From the NCBI GenBank assembly GCA_963771885.1, contig CAVYVF010000007.1, positions 96,001 to 160,000 of the forward strand: DNA of 64,000 nt, written 5' to 3'. The notes under the pieces were generated by a model. It was not told the DNA's origin. It ran no database searches and worked only from the letters and a program-made list of their open reading frames with translations. A program made the position numbers and the translations under genes. The stretch's first letter is position 1. Every line of letters starts with the position of its first letter. Origin of the DNA: Candidatus Bathyarchaeota archaeon. GTDB lineage: Archaea; Thermoproteota; Bathyarchaeia; TCS64. Shown piece after piece: positions 20,647 through 30,180 of the stretch.

Positions 20647-21120
20647 ATGAAGGTCCTCATAGTATACGACACTAGCACAGGCAACACGGAGAAGATGGCG
20701 CACGCCGTCGAGGACGGCGTAAAGAAGGCGGGTGTAGAGGTCGTTTTCAAGCACGTCGACGATGCCTCGGTAGACGAGATACCCCAGTGCCAGGGCCTCA
20801 TACTCGGCTCACCGGTATATTATGGACTACCCTCGGGCAAGATCAAGAAGTTCATCGATGAGTCGATAAAATACCACGGCAAGCTCGACGGCACCGTTGG
20901 CGGGGCATTCGCCAGCGCCGGTGGCACGCACACAGGCGCAGAGACCACGATCATCGCCATCAACGAGATGCTCCTCGTCCACGGCATGATTATTCAAGGC
21001 AGCTCCGCAGGCAGCCACTACGGCGCATCATCCGTCGGCTCACCAAATGATGCCTCTCTCGAGGCGTGCAGGAAGCTAGGCGAACGCGTAGGAAAACTCG
21101 TCAAGCGGCTGAACAATTAG
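20647..21120 (+). CDS. Flavodoxin-like/WrbA-family NAD(P)H oxidoreductase
   Basis: YDTSTGNTEKMA, LGSPVYYG, GGAFASAGG. Confidence 0.88.
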   Translation: MKVLIVYDTSTGNTEKMAHAVEDGVKKAGVEVVFKHVDDASVDEIPQCQGLILGSPVYYGLPSGKIKKFIDESIKYHGKLDGTVGGAFASAGGTHTGAETTIIAINEMLLVHGMIIQGSSAGSHYGASSVGSPNDASLEACRKLGERVGKLVKRLNN

Positions 21121-21148
21121 AGCCAAACTCCGAGAATTAGGAGTGTCC

Positions 21149-21814
21149 ATGTTGAGTAGCCAAATGAAGTTACACCGCCTCGACGACAACTACTCCCGGG
21201 AAATACTCACGAAGATCCGGAATAAGGAGACGGGACGCGAGGAGTTCCGTTGGGGCCTGAGGAGACTCGGCATGCTTACTGGGATAAGGATCGCGGCTAC
21301 TATGGGGTACAGCGACGTGGAGGTCGAGACTCCGCTCGGGGCTAAGGCGAGGGGCGTATCACTCACCGAGGCACGCGATGTCGTGATTATAAACGTCCTC
21401 CGGGCCGCCACCCCGCTCGTTGAGGGCCTACTCGAGGTCTTCACCGACGCGAGGATCGGCATCGTCAACGCCAAGCGCGTCGAAACGGGCAACCTCTTCC
21501 CGGAATTCGACTTCAAGATAGATGTGCCCTACTTCAATACCCCGAAGTTAACCAGCGGCGACACCCTGATCGTGGCGGACCCCATGATTGCCTCCGGGAG
21601 CACAAGCGTTGCTGTGCTTGACAAGTTACTGGAAAACGGGCGGCCCAAGCGCATTATCTTGGCGTCGGTCATCTCAGCGCCACTGGGGCTTGAGAGGGTG
21701 CACGCCCACTACCCCGGCGCGGATATATACACCGTGGCGGTGGATGAGGGGCTGAACGAGCACGGTTACATAGTGCCGGGTCTCGGCGACGCCGGCGACA
21801 GGGTCTGCGGATAA
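21149..21814 (+). CDS. upp: Uracil phosphoribosyltransferase
   Basis: VLRAA, VADPMIASGST, YIVPGLGDAGDR. Confidence 0.92.
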   Translation: MLSSQMKLHRLDDNYSREILTKIRNKETGREEFRWGLRRLGMLTGIRIAATMGYSDVEVETPLGAKARGVSLTEARDVVIINVLRAATPLVEGLLEVFTDARIGIVNAKRVETGNLFPEFDFKIDVPYFNTPKLTSGDTLIVADPMIASGSTSVAVLDKLLENGRPKRIILASVISAPLGLERVHAHYPGADIYTVAVDEGLNEHGYIVPGLGDAGDRVCG

Positions 21815-21871
21815 AACAGCCGGCAAACTCCTCCAAACAGCCTTATTTCCAATGCACCCTACAACTGGTGT

Positions 21872-22210
21872 ATGAAGAACAGTACATGGGACAATGTGCC
21901 AAGGGCAACCATCGCCCCCGGAGTCGACCTCCGACTGATCAACGGCGACAATTGTATGCTGACCTATGTGATCATGCAGCCTGGGGCGGTTGTGCCGGAT
22001 CATAAGCACCCGCACGAGCAGGTTGGAACCTGCATCAAAGGCGAAGGGGTCATGACGTGTGGTGGCAAACAGTTCAAGACGGTCCCCGGTGCCTGTTGGC
22101 TCATCCTAGGCGGGGAAAACCACAGCTGGCGCAACACGAGCGAGGGCGAGACTATCCTCCTCGAGGCTTTCAGCCCGCCGCGCGAGGATTATATTGCCAA
22201 GGCGAAGTAG
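21872..22210 (+). CDS. Cupin domain protein
   Basis: HKHPHEQ...ENHS, FSPPREDY. Confidence 0.88.
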   Translation: MKNSTWDNVPRATIAPGVDLRLINGDNCMLTYVIMQPGAVVPDHKHPHEQVGTCIKGEGVMTCGGKQFKTVPGACWLILGGENHSWRNTSEGETILLEAFSPPREDYIAKAK

Positions 22211-22308
22211 CGCCACCATTGGCTCGAGGGGAAACCATATTCCCCAACCACACACAAAATTTTCGTGTTCGTGAATGATTAAATATTTATAATAAAATAT
22301 CATTACCG

Positions 22309-22774
22309 ATGCATCAAATCCGACGTGCAGTACTCGACGACGTTCCAGAGATAACTGCCTGCATTAAAGATGCGTATGCCCCTTACATTCAGAGAATAGG
22401 AAAGGCACCCGCACCAATGCTTGAAGATTATGCTGAAGCTGTTACCCAGAAGAACATCTGGGTCCTTGAAGGTCATAGGGTCTGAGTTGCTGGGAGTCCT
22501 AATTCTTGTACCTGAGACAGAATATTTGCTGATTGAAAACATTGCTATTAAACGGAGGTATCAGGGTCGAGGATTTGGCGGAAAGTTGATGGATTTCGCC
22601 GAGTCTGAGGCTTTGAAGTTAGGATATAAGGTAATGCGTCTTTACACCAATGTTAAGATGTTTGAGAATCAGATTATTTACGAGCATCTAGGTTGGAAGA
22701 ATATTGGACTTGTATCTGAAGAGGGATACGATAGAGTCTACATGGAAAAACGGATACTGGTTAGTGCTAATTAG
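22309..22774 (+). CDS. GNAT acetyltransferase, one frameshift near 22470-22480
   Basis: ATG 22309 gives MHQIRRAVLDDVPEI...IGKAPAPMLEDY; the second frame has IENIAI..YQGRGFGGKLM, LYTN, YEHLGW. Confidence 0.8.
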
Positions 22775-22840
22775 TTGTGATCGTAAGCAAGTGTGTGTGG
22801 AGGGAAAGCATTTTCTCCCCAACCCGTGTCTTCTATCAGC

Positions 22841-23803
22841 ATGGCTCCAAAGGCCGTCGACAGCATACTAGACGTCATCGGGAACACGCCTCTTGTCAAG
22901 CTACAGAAGCTCGCGCCCAAGAACGGCGCTGACATATTCGTGAAGGCCGAGTACCTCAATCCAAGCGGCAGCTACAAAGACCGCATCGCCGTCGAGATGA
23001 TACGCACTGCTGAGAAGGAGGGCAAGCTCAAGCCCGGATACACGATCGTCGAGGCATCCACGGGCAACACGGGTACCGCCCTCAGCTTCGTCGGTACACG
23101 CCTTGGTTACAACGTCGAGATATACATGCCCGAGGGCATGACTCGCGAACGCATCAAGATCATGGAGAGCTACGGCGCCAAGGTCCACGAGATGAAGATC
23201 GCGGGCCTCGACGCCAAGGGCAGCGTCGCAGGAGCCGAGGTCGAGTTTATCCCCCGGCAAAAGTGCCTCGACCTGGAGAGGAGTAACCCCAAGGTATGGT
23301 GGGCGCGCCAGTTCAGCAACCCCGCAAACTGGAGGGCACACCTCACAACGGGCAACGAGATATATGAACAGATGAACGGAAAAGTCGACGCCTTCGTAGC
23401 CAGCATCGGCGTCGGAGGCACGCTCTACGGCGTCGCCAAGGCACTGAAGGCTAAGCTGCCGAAATGTCGGGTCATCGGGCTCGAGCCCGCCTCGGCAAAG
23501 CTCGCCATAAGCGACGGCATCATCTCCCCTCCCGGGATAAGCAAGGACATCGCCGGAGGAATAATCGAGGAGATGATGGAGAGTGGCCTCATCGACGAGG
23601 TCGTCAAGGTCAAGAACGAGGACGCCATCGCTACCTCGGATCGCCTCGTGAAGGAGGAGGGACTATTCTGCGGCATCTCCGCCGGAGCTAACGTCTACCA
23701 CTCGATCAAGATCGCGACTGAGTTGGGCAGAGGTAAGCGCGTAGCCACCGTCCTCCCCGACCACAGGGACCGATACCTTAGCGAGAAGAAGTACACCACT
23801 TAG
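22841..23803 (+). CDS. cysK: Cysteine synthase family PLP enzyme
   Basis: IGNTPLV, NPSGSYKDR, EASTGNTG, QFSNPAN, GVGGT, CGISAGAN, PDHRDRYLS. Confidence 0.88.
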   Translation: MAPKAVDSILDVIGNTPLVKLQKLAPKNGADIFVKAEYLNPSGSYKDRIAVEMIRTAEKEGKLKPGYTIVEASTGNTGTALSFVGTRLGYNVEIYMPEGMTRERIKIMESYGAKVHEMKIAGLDAKGSVAGAEVEFIPRQKCLDLERSNPKVWWARQFSNPANWRAHLTTGNEIYEQMNGKVDAFVASIGVGGTLYGVAKALKAKLPKCRVIGLEPASAKLAISDGIISPPGISKDIAGGIIEEMMESGLIDEVVKVKNEDAIATSDRLVKEEGLFCGISAGANVYHSIKIATELGRGKRVATVLPDHRDRYLSEKKYTT

Positions 23804-23892
23804 CTCCGCTCAACATTTACTCGGTCGCGTTTCTTCGCCCGCAAGCGCTATTTTCTTGGAAATCGGGAATTGTTTGTTATTAATTTATAAAT

Positions 23893-24441
23893 TTAAGAAT
23901 TAATCTTGGCTAACCTCGCACCCGCCTTCTCGAGCATCTCGAGTTTGTGCCCTTTAGATACCTGGGTCACGGTCACAAGGTCGAATACTGTGAATCCGAC
24001 GCGGCGCAGATAGTCCTCGAGGTGGAGGAGCGCCTTTACACATCCGTTGCCTGTTCCCCCTGCGGAGGCTATGCCCAGCGCGTACCTCCCGTTCAGCGCC
24101 TTGAACTCACTCTTCACCTCGGTCCTGCGTAGCCTGTCGAGGAAGAGCTTGGCCGACTCGCTCAGGTCGCCCCAATAGACGGGGGTTGCGAAGACGAGCG
24201 CGTCTGCCGCGTGTATCTTGTCCCTCAGGGACTGGAACTCGTCGTCGATGACGCACGTTCCCTCCCTTCGGCACTGGCCCCAGCCACCATCGCAGGCCAT
24301 GCATGGCTTCACAATGACCTCGTTAAGGTTCACAAGCTCTACTGATGCGCCTTCCGTCTTCGCCCCCTCGATTACCGCCTTGGCAGTTTTCGCCGTCAGG
24401 CCGTCATCGTTCGGGCTGGACTGTATAGCAATTATCTTCAA
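23893..24441 (-). CDS. Iron-sulfur flavoprotein / flavodoxin family
   Basis: SSPNDDGLT, CMAC...C...C, ATPVYWG. Confidence 0.85.
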   Translation of the reverse strand: MKIIAIQSSPNDDGLTAKTAKAVIEGAKTEGASVELVNLNEVIVKPCMACDGGWGQCRREGTCVIDDEFQSLRDKIHAADALVFATPVYWGDLSESAKLFLDRLRRTEVKSEFKALNGRYALGIASAGGTGNGCVKALLHLEDYLRRVGFTVFDLVTVTQVSKGHKLEMLEKAGARLAKINS

Positions 24442-24511
24442 TAAACTGCACCCGTGTAGAGGGATGCGGTTCGGATGGCTTTAAATCTCGCCATCCTGTT
24501 CGAAAGGCACG

Positions 24512-24540
24512 TTTATATTATAGTTATATGTTTTAACTGT
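24512..24540 (+). promoter_or_regulatory. TATA box plus inverted repeat (putative MarR operator)
   Basis: TTTATATT followed by ATAGTTA-N7-TAACTGT directly upstream of the MarR gene. Confidence 0.55.
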
Positions 24541-24547
24541 TTATTCG

Positions 24548-25024
24548 GTGAACGAAAAAATGGTTGACGCCTCGCCCCGGGGGAAGATGGATCAGATGCT
24601 CGACGACATCTATAACGTGATTCCCCTCTTCCACCGCACATTCCTGAGGCCCGACGACCTCTCCCACAACCCAATGGGATCCGACTTCAAGGTCATGGGT
24701 ATACTCAGGAAGCATGGGCCCCTCCCCATGTCACGCATCGGGTTCTGGCTTGGAATCTCGAAGCCCAACATGACCGCCATAATAAACAAGCTGATAACTG
24801 ATGGAAGGGTCGAGAGGCGAGAGGATCCGAAAGATAGACGCATAGTCGAGGTCGCCCTAACCACCGAGGGCACGAAGTACATAGAGGAGTGCTGGAAAGA
24901 AGGACGGGAGACCGTGAGGGCGAAACTCTCGACACTATCCGACGAAGAGAAAGACACCCTCTACAAGGCGCTCGAAGACATCCGAATAACCATATCAAAA
25001 CTCAACGAGATGAAGAAGCAGTGA
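24548..25024 (+). CDS. MarR-family transcriptional regulator
   Basis: wHTH ISKPNMTAIINKL, ERREDPKDRRIVEVALTTEG. Confidence 0.92.
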   Translation: MNEKMVDASPRGKMDQMLDDIYNVIPLFHRTFLRPDDLSHNPMGSDFKVMGILRKHGPLPMSRIGFWLGISKPNMTAIINKLITDGRVERREDPKDRRIVEVALTTEGTKYIEECWKEGRETVRAKLSTLSDEEKDTLYKALEDIRITISKLNEMKKQ

Positions 25025-25061
25025 AGATTACCCAAACATTGAGCCAGTGGGAGGCACATCT

Positions 25062-26801
25062 TTGACTAACTCCCTGATCAGGATACTATCCTACCTCAGG
25101 CCCTACTGGAAACCAGCGGTCCTGTCGATACTGATGCTCTCCGTCTCCGTCATAGCGGAACTGCAGATACCTCGGCTCCTACAGAGCATCATCGACACGG
25201 GCATACCGAACAAGGATCTTGCTTTCATCGCAGGAACCGCGGTCCTCATGGTGGTCATCGCCTTCATGGACGCGGGCATGGCGATCGGTAACACGTTTCT
25301 ATCCGTCCGCGCCGCGCAGGGGTTCGCCGCCGACGTGAGGAGCGCCATCTTCCGCCGCATACAGAGTTTCAGCTTCGGAAACCTCGACAAGTTCCAGACC
25401 GGCCAGCTCATCATCAGGATGACGAGCGACGTCAACATCATCCAGATGATGGTGATGATGGGGCTTCGCATGTTCATCAGGGCACCCCTAATGATTGTTG
25501 GCAGCGTCGCCCTCATGTACTCGATAAACACTGAACTCGCAAACATCATACTGCTCATCATGCCGCTTACACTCGTCTTCGCCGGCATTTTCGTCTGGAA
25601 GGGGCAGCCCATGTTCATGAAAGTCCAGACCAAACTCGACAGGCTCAACTCAGTACTGCAGGAGAACCTCTCTGGCGTGCGCGTCGTCAAGGCTTTCGTG
25701 CGCCAGAAGCACGAGTCAGAGAGGTTCGACGCCGCCAACACCGACCTGATGAACCAGGCCATAAGCGTCAACCGTTTCATGATGTTTCTAATGCCCGCCC
25801 TCTTCGTCCTTATCAACCTCGGTGTGCTAGCCGTACTCTACTTCGGCGGCTTGCAGGTCATCGCGGGGACGTTCACTGTGGGTGAGATACTGGCCTTCTC
25901 AAACTATCTCCTCTCAAGCATGTTCCCTCTCATCTTCCTCTCGATCATGGCGAGCCAAGCATCCGCCGCAATAGCCTCAGGGAACAGGATATACGAGGTC
26001 ATAGACTCGGAGCCGATGGTTCAGAATAAGCCCAACGCAACAGTGCTAAGCGACGTAACCGGACAGGTAGCGTTCGAAGACGTATCCTTCAGTTATGCTA
26101 AGGGTGGTGAACCAGTCTTAAATAATGTCAGTTTTACAGCCACCCCTGGACAGGTCGTCGCCTTACTCGGCGCAACGGGCAGCGGCAAGTCGACACTCAT
26201 CAACCTCATCCCCCGATTCTATGACGCAAACTCCGGCAGAGTGACGGTCGATGGTGTCGATGTAAAAGACGTGACCCTTGAGTCACTCCGCACACACATA
26301 GGAATCGCCCTGCAGGAGCCCGTGCTCTTCAGTGGGTTGATCCGTGACAACATAAAATATGGGAGACCAGACGCAACCGACGAAGACGTCGTCGAGGCTG
26401 CCAAGGCAGCTCAGGCACACGAGTTCATCTTGAGCCTTCCCAAGGGCTACGACACCGAAGTCGGCGAACGAGGCGTCGGCCTCAGCGGAGGCCAGAAGCA
26501 GCGCATAAGCATCGCCCGTGCCATACTCGTTAAGCCAAAGATACTCATACTCGACGACTCGACCAGCAGCGTTGACATCGAAACCGAGGCACTCATACAG
26601 CAGGCGCTAGAGACCGTGATGAAGGGACGCACAAGTTTCATCATCGCCCAGAGAATAAGCAGTGTGCTCAAGGCTGACAAGATACTCGTCCTAGACCGTG
26701 GCAAGATCGTGGCCGAGGGCCACCACAAGGAGCTGATGGAGAAGAGCCCGATATATCGTGAAATATTCAACTCCCAGCTCGGTGGAGGCATCAGGCAATG
26801 A
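25062..26801 (+). CDS. Heterodimeric ABC exporter subunit (TMD+NBD, degenerate site)
   Basis: 6 TMs; GATGSGKS, LSGGQKQR, degenerate Walker B LILDDSTS and AQR switch. Confidence 0.93.
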   Translation: MTNSLIRILSYLRPYWKPAVLSILMLSVSVIAELQIPRLLQSIIDTGIPNKDLAFIAGTAVLMVVIAFMDAGMAIGNTFLSVRAAQGFAADVRSAIFRRIQSFSFGNLDKFQTGQLIIRMTSDVNIIQMMVMMGLRMFIRAPLMIVGSVALMYSINTELANIILLIMPLTLVFAGIFVWKGQPMFMKVQTKLDRLNSVLQENLSGVRVVKAFVRQKHESERFDAANTDLMNQAISVNRFMMFLMPALFVLINLGVLAVLYFGGLQVIAGTFTVGEILAFSNYLLSSMFPLIFLSIMASQASAAIASGNRIYEVIDSEPMVQNKPNATVLSDVTGQVAFEDVSFSYAKGGEPVLNNVSFTATPGQVVALLGATGSGKSTLINLIPRFYDANSGRVTVDGVDVKDVTLESLRTHIGIALQEPVLFSGLIRDNIKYGRPDATDEDVVEAAKAAQAHEFILSLPKGYDTEVGERGVGLSGGQKQRISIARAILVKPKILILDDSTSSVDIETEALIQQALETVMKGRTSFIIAQRISSVLKADKILVLDRGKIVAEGHHKELMEKSPIYREIFNSQLGGGIRQ

Positions 26802-28648
26802 GCCACGGACCGATGGGCGGTGGCCCACGTGGCCCAGGCCCGGGTGGACCCGGCGGCGGCATGGGCAGGGGAATGGATCGCGCCAAGAAGCCAAGGGAGA
26901 CAATAGCCCGCCTCGCGAGTTACCTACTCGTCTACAAGCTGCAGCTTGTGCTGGTAGTGTTCAGTATAATCGCCGCTGGCGTGCTCCAGTTGCTCGGCCC
27001 CTACCTCATAGGCGTGACTATTGACCAGTATATTCTCAAGGGAGACGTCCCTGGGCTCGTCAGGATGGCGCTGTTACTTCTCGGCGTTTACCTCGCGGGG
27101 TGGGCGATGCAGGCGGCTCAGGGCTGGATCATGGCGACGATAAGCCAACGTGCTCTTCGCCAGATACGCAAGGACCTCTTCGAGCACATGCAGACACTCA
27201 GCCTCAGCTTCTTCGACAAGAGGAGCCAAGGCGACCTGATGAGTAGACTGACTAACGACATCGACGCCGTAAACCAGGCGATGACGATGAACGTCACCCA
27301 GATCATCAGCAGTGTACTCAGCCTCGTCGGGATACTCATCGCAATGTTTGCGCTCAACCTCTGGATGGCTCTTGGCAACCTCGCCGTCATCCCCTTCATG
27401 CTCTTCGTGACGCTCGTCATCGGCAAGCGGACGATGAGTGGGTTCCGCGGGCTTCAGTTCTCGATGGGGCGGCTCAACGGCAGGATTGAGGAGATAATCA
27501 GCGGCGAGCGCGTCGTGCAGGCCTTCAGCAGGCAAGACGCCATACTCGCAGACTTCGACAAGGACAACGAGGGGCTGCGCGTAGCCGCGACAAAGGCGAT
27601 GAGTTGGGGCTTCATAATCATGCCCCTAGTCAATGTCATGAGTTACATCGGCATCGCCGTCGTCTCCGGCCTCGGCGGATGGCTCGTCGTCATCGGGGCG
27701 GTCTCAGTTGGCCTCGTAGTCACCTTCATCAACTACGCCAGGAACTTCGTCCAGCCACTCCGCCAACTCGCCGACCTCTACAATAGTATACAGACCGCAC
27801 TCGCAGGCGCGGAGCGCGTATTCGAGATAATCGACACCAAGCCAGAGATCAACGATAAGCCCAATGCTGAGTCACTCCATGAGATACAGGGTGATATTGT
27901 CTTCGACCACGTCGGCTTCACGTACGACGGCAAGACCCCTATACTGACGGATGTGAGCTTCCACGCGGAGCCAGGCCAGACCATCGCCCTAGTCGGGCCA
28001 ACTGGCGCAGGAAAGACTACTATGGTTAACATCCTTAGCAGGTTTTACGACATCTGCTGCGGTGACATACTCATAGACGGCACGAGTATACGCGACGTAA
28101 CGAGGGAGAGCCTTCGCAGGCAGATCGGCACGGTGCTTCAGGACAACTTCCTCTTTGCTGACACGGTGATGGAGAACATACGCTACGGCAACCTCGAGGC
28201 AACCGACGAGGACTGCATAGCAGCAGCGAAACTCGCCAATGCGGACCAATTCATAGTACGCCTCCCAGATGGCTACAAGACGAAGCTGACAGAGAGGGGG
28301 AGCAACCTGAGCCAGGGGCAGAGGCAACTCCTCGCCATCGCGCGCGCCGTCGTAGCCGACCCGAAGATACTCATCCTCGACGAGGCAACAAGTAACGTAG
28401 ACACTAGAACCGAGATCCGGATACAGGAGGCGCTGCTTCGACTCATGGAGGGGAGGACGAGCTTCGTCATCGCCCACCGCCTCAGCACCATCAGGAACGC
28501 GGACCAAGTACTCGTGATAAACAACGGGCAGATAATCGAAAGGGGCACCCACGACACCCTGCTGGCTCAGAGGGGCTTCTACTTCAACCTCTACAACAGC
28601 CAGTTCAGGGGAACTAGCCCCTCCGCTGCGCCGGGTAAATCCCTATAA
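26798..28648 (+). CDS. Heterodimeric ABC exporter subunit (TMD+NBD, consensus catalytic residues)
   Basis: GPTGAGKT, LSQGQRQ, LILDEATS, AHRLST; ATGA overlap. Confidence 0.93.
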   Translation: MSHGPMGGGPRGPGPGGPGGGMGRGMDRAKKPRETIARLASYLLVYKLQLVLVVFSIIAAGVLQLLGPYLIGVTIDQYILKGDVPGLVRMALLLLGVYLAGWAMQAAQGWIMATISQRALRQIRKDLFEHMQTLSLSFFDKRSQGDLMSRLTNDIDAVNQAMTMNVTQIISSVLSLVGILIAMFALNLWMALGNLAVIPFMLFVTLVIGKRTMSGFRGLQFSMGRLNGRIEEIISGERVVQAFSRQDAILADFDKDNEGLRVAATKAMSWGFIIMPLVNVMSYIGIAVVSGLGGWLVVIGAVSVGLVVTFINYARNFVQPLRQLADLYNSIQTALAGAERVFEIIDTKPEINDKPNAESLHEIQGDIVFDHVGFTYDGKTPILTDVSFHAEPGQTIALVGPTGAGKTTMVNILSRFYDICCGDILIDGTSIRDVTRESLRRQIGTVLQDNFLFADTVMENIRYGNLEATDEDCIAAAKLANADQFIVRLPDGYKTKLTERGSNLSQGQRQLLAIARAVVADPKILILDEATSNVDTRTEIRIQEALLRLMEGRTSFVIAHRLSTIRNADQVLVINNGQIIERGTHDTLLAQRGFYFNLYNSQFRGTSPSAAPGKSL

Positions 28649-28671
28649 CCGGGTAACCAACTTCTCTTCTG

Positions 28672-28989
28672 ATGCCCGCAGAGTACCTCTTCCTCCTCCT
28701 CTTCATACTGGGGTGCCTTCTATTCGCCCACTTCGTAGGCAACAGTCCCGTGAGCAAGGTAGTGGAAACCCGCTTGACGGGGAAGAGGGTGAAGTACCAA
28801 CAAAGCATCACCGCCTCCGGGAACACATACGTCCCGATAAAGCATGAGGTTTTCACCATCGACACCGAGGTAACCTTCGACGTCCCTGTCCGCAAGTCGC
28901 TCTGGGACAAGCTCGACACGAATGATAAAGTGCTCCTCAACAAGCACCTGAACGGTGAGTACAGCTTCAAGAAGCGGGTCACGGAATGA
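28672..28989 (+). CDS. Small membrane-anchored hypothetical protein (beta-rich)
   Basis: N-terminal TM followed by beta-strand pattern; host-like codon usage. Confidence 0.6.
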   Translation: MPAEYLFLLLFILGCLLFAHFVGNSPVSKVVETRLTGKRVKYQQSITASGNTYVPIKHEVFTIDTEVTFDVPVRKSLWDKLDTNDKVLLNKHLNGEYSFKKRVTE

Positions 28990-30065
28990 TCTCGCAGCCG
29001 TTGTTTATTCTCGGGTAGTCGAGCGCGTCCCCAGGTAGCGTTCCGTCCTTCATGAGTTTCCTCGTCGGTTCCACGAGTGTGCCAAGCTCCCTAATCATGT
29101 GGCGAGTCGAGGCGCAGACCCTGTCGAACCACCTCTGCCCCCAGAACATAGTCTTGTTTGAGAAGAGGCACCTGCCACCACAGACCCACTTGTCGGGGCA
29201 GAGACTACACGGTTCGCCGACAGGCATGATGTTACGCAGCGACTCTGGTGTGCTGTTCCTAATGTCCCCGACTGAGGAGTAGGGCATCTCTGGCGCGATG
29301 GGGCAGACATCTATCCTTCCGCTTGTCATGACGGCGAAACTATCCCTTCCAGAGCCACACCAGATGTGTGGCGTGGGCTTCACCGGTGATGAGGGTACGG
29401 AGGATGGGAATGAACGGCACAATACCGGGGACGAAGCCTTTTTGGAGGGAGTCGCCGAAGTCTCTCACAAGCTTCGTGATCCCCTCGTCGTATCTAGATA
29501 GCCACTCCTCCACCTCATGCTCGAACTTTATCTCGCTCCAGAAGACGTCGAGCTGCCAGTGTATGTGGTCGAAGGCGGGGTCTGTTAGTGAGACGAGGTG
29601 CGATACGTCTCTGTATATGTCACCCCTACGGCTGAATGCTATCCTCGCGACGAGATCGCCCTCGTAGCCCTTACGGCGGATGCTCTGGCAGTTTTTGATG
29701 ACCGTGTCGTAGACGCCTTCGTATCTATTTGCGTCGGTGACCTCCCTCCCACCGTCGATACTGACGAGAATGGCGTCGAGGCGCCTAAGGTATGAAGGAT
29801 TTACCTCGTCTAGGTGTGTGGCGTTTGTCTGTAGAGTAAATGCTTTAGCGGGAACACTGTCCATGATCTCGTACATCTTGTCTAAGGCGAGAAGCGGTTC
29901 ACCACCATAGAATCCAATGATCGCCTCATGGTCGCGACGAATAAAATGCTTCAACTCTCCCACGTCGTAAGCGACCTCAAGGGGTATTCCCTCTACGTGC
30001 CTCGTGCCCCCGCAGTAGCCGCAGCGCAGGTTACACCTCTCCGTGAGGACGACGTGGTACTGCAA
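28979..30065 (-). CDS. Radical SAM/SPASM protein (AF0577/TIGR04084-like), one frameshift near 29380
   Basis: CNLRCGYCGG, FYGGEPLL, QTNAT, VSIDG; C-half CGSG, DVCPI, CSLC...CGGRC, terminal NNGCEIIP. Confidence 0.85.
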
Positions 30066-30180
30066 TTCAGGAAAGCGCGTCGAGGACCGATAAAAGGATG
30101 TGGGATGCGCAACCCGCGTTGCTCATTCCGCTTATTAACGATGGATAGCCTCATACCACAACCAAAAAGCCGGTGCGACT

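Noticed and set aside
22470..22490. TGA in the GNAT gene as selenocysteine readthrough
   Set aside because: Homology continues in a different frame, so this is an indel rather than readthrough.
26798..26880. Gly/Pro-rich N-terminus of the ABC subunit
   Set aside because: A common low-complexity leader in this exporter family.
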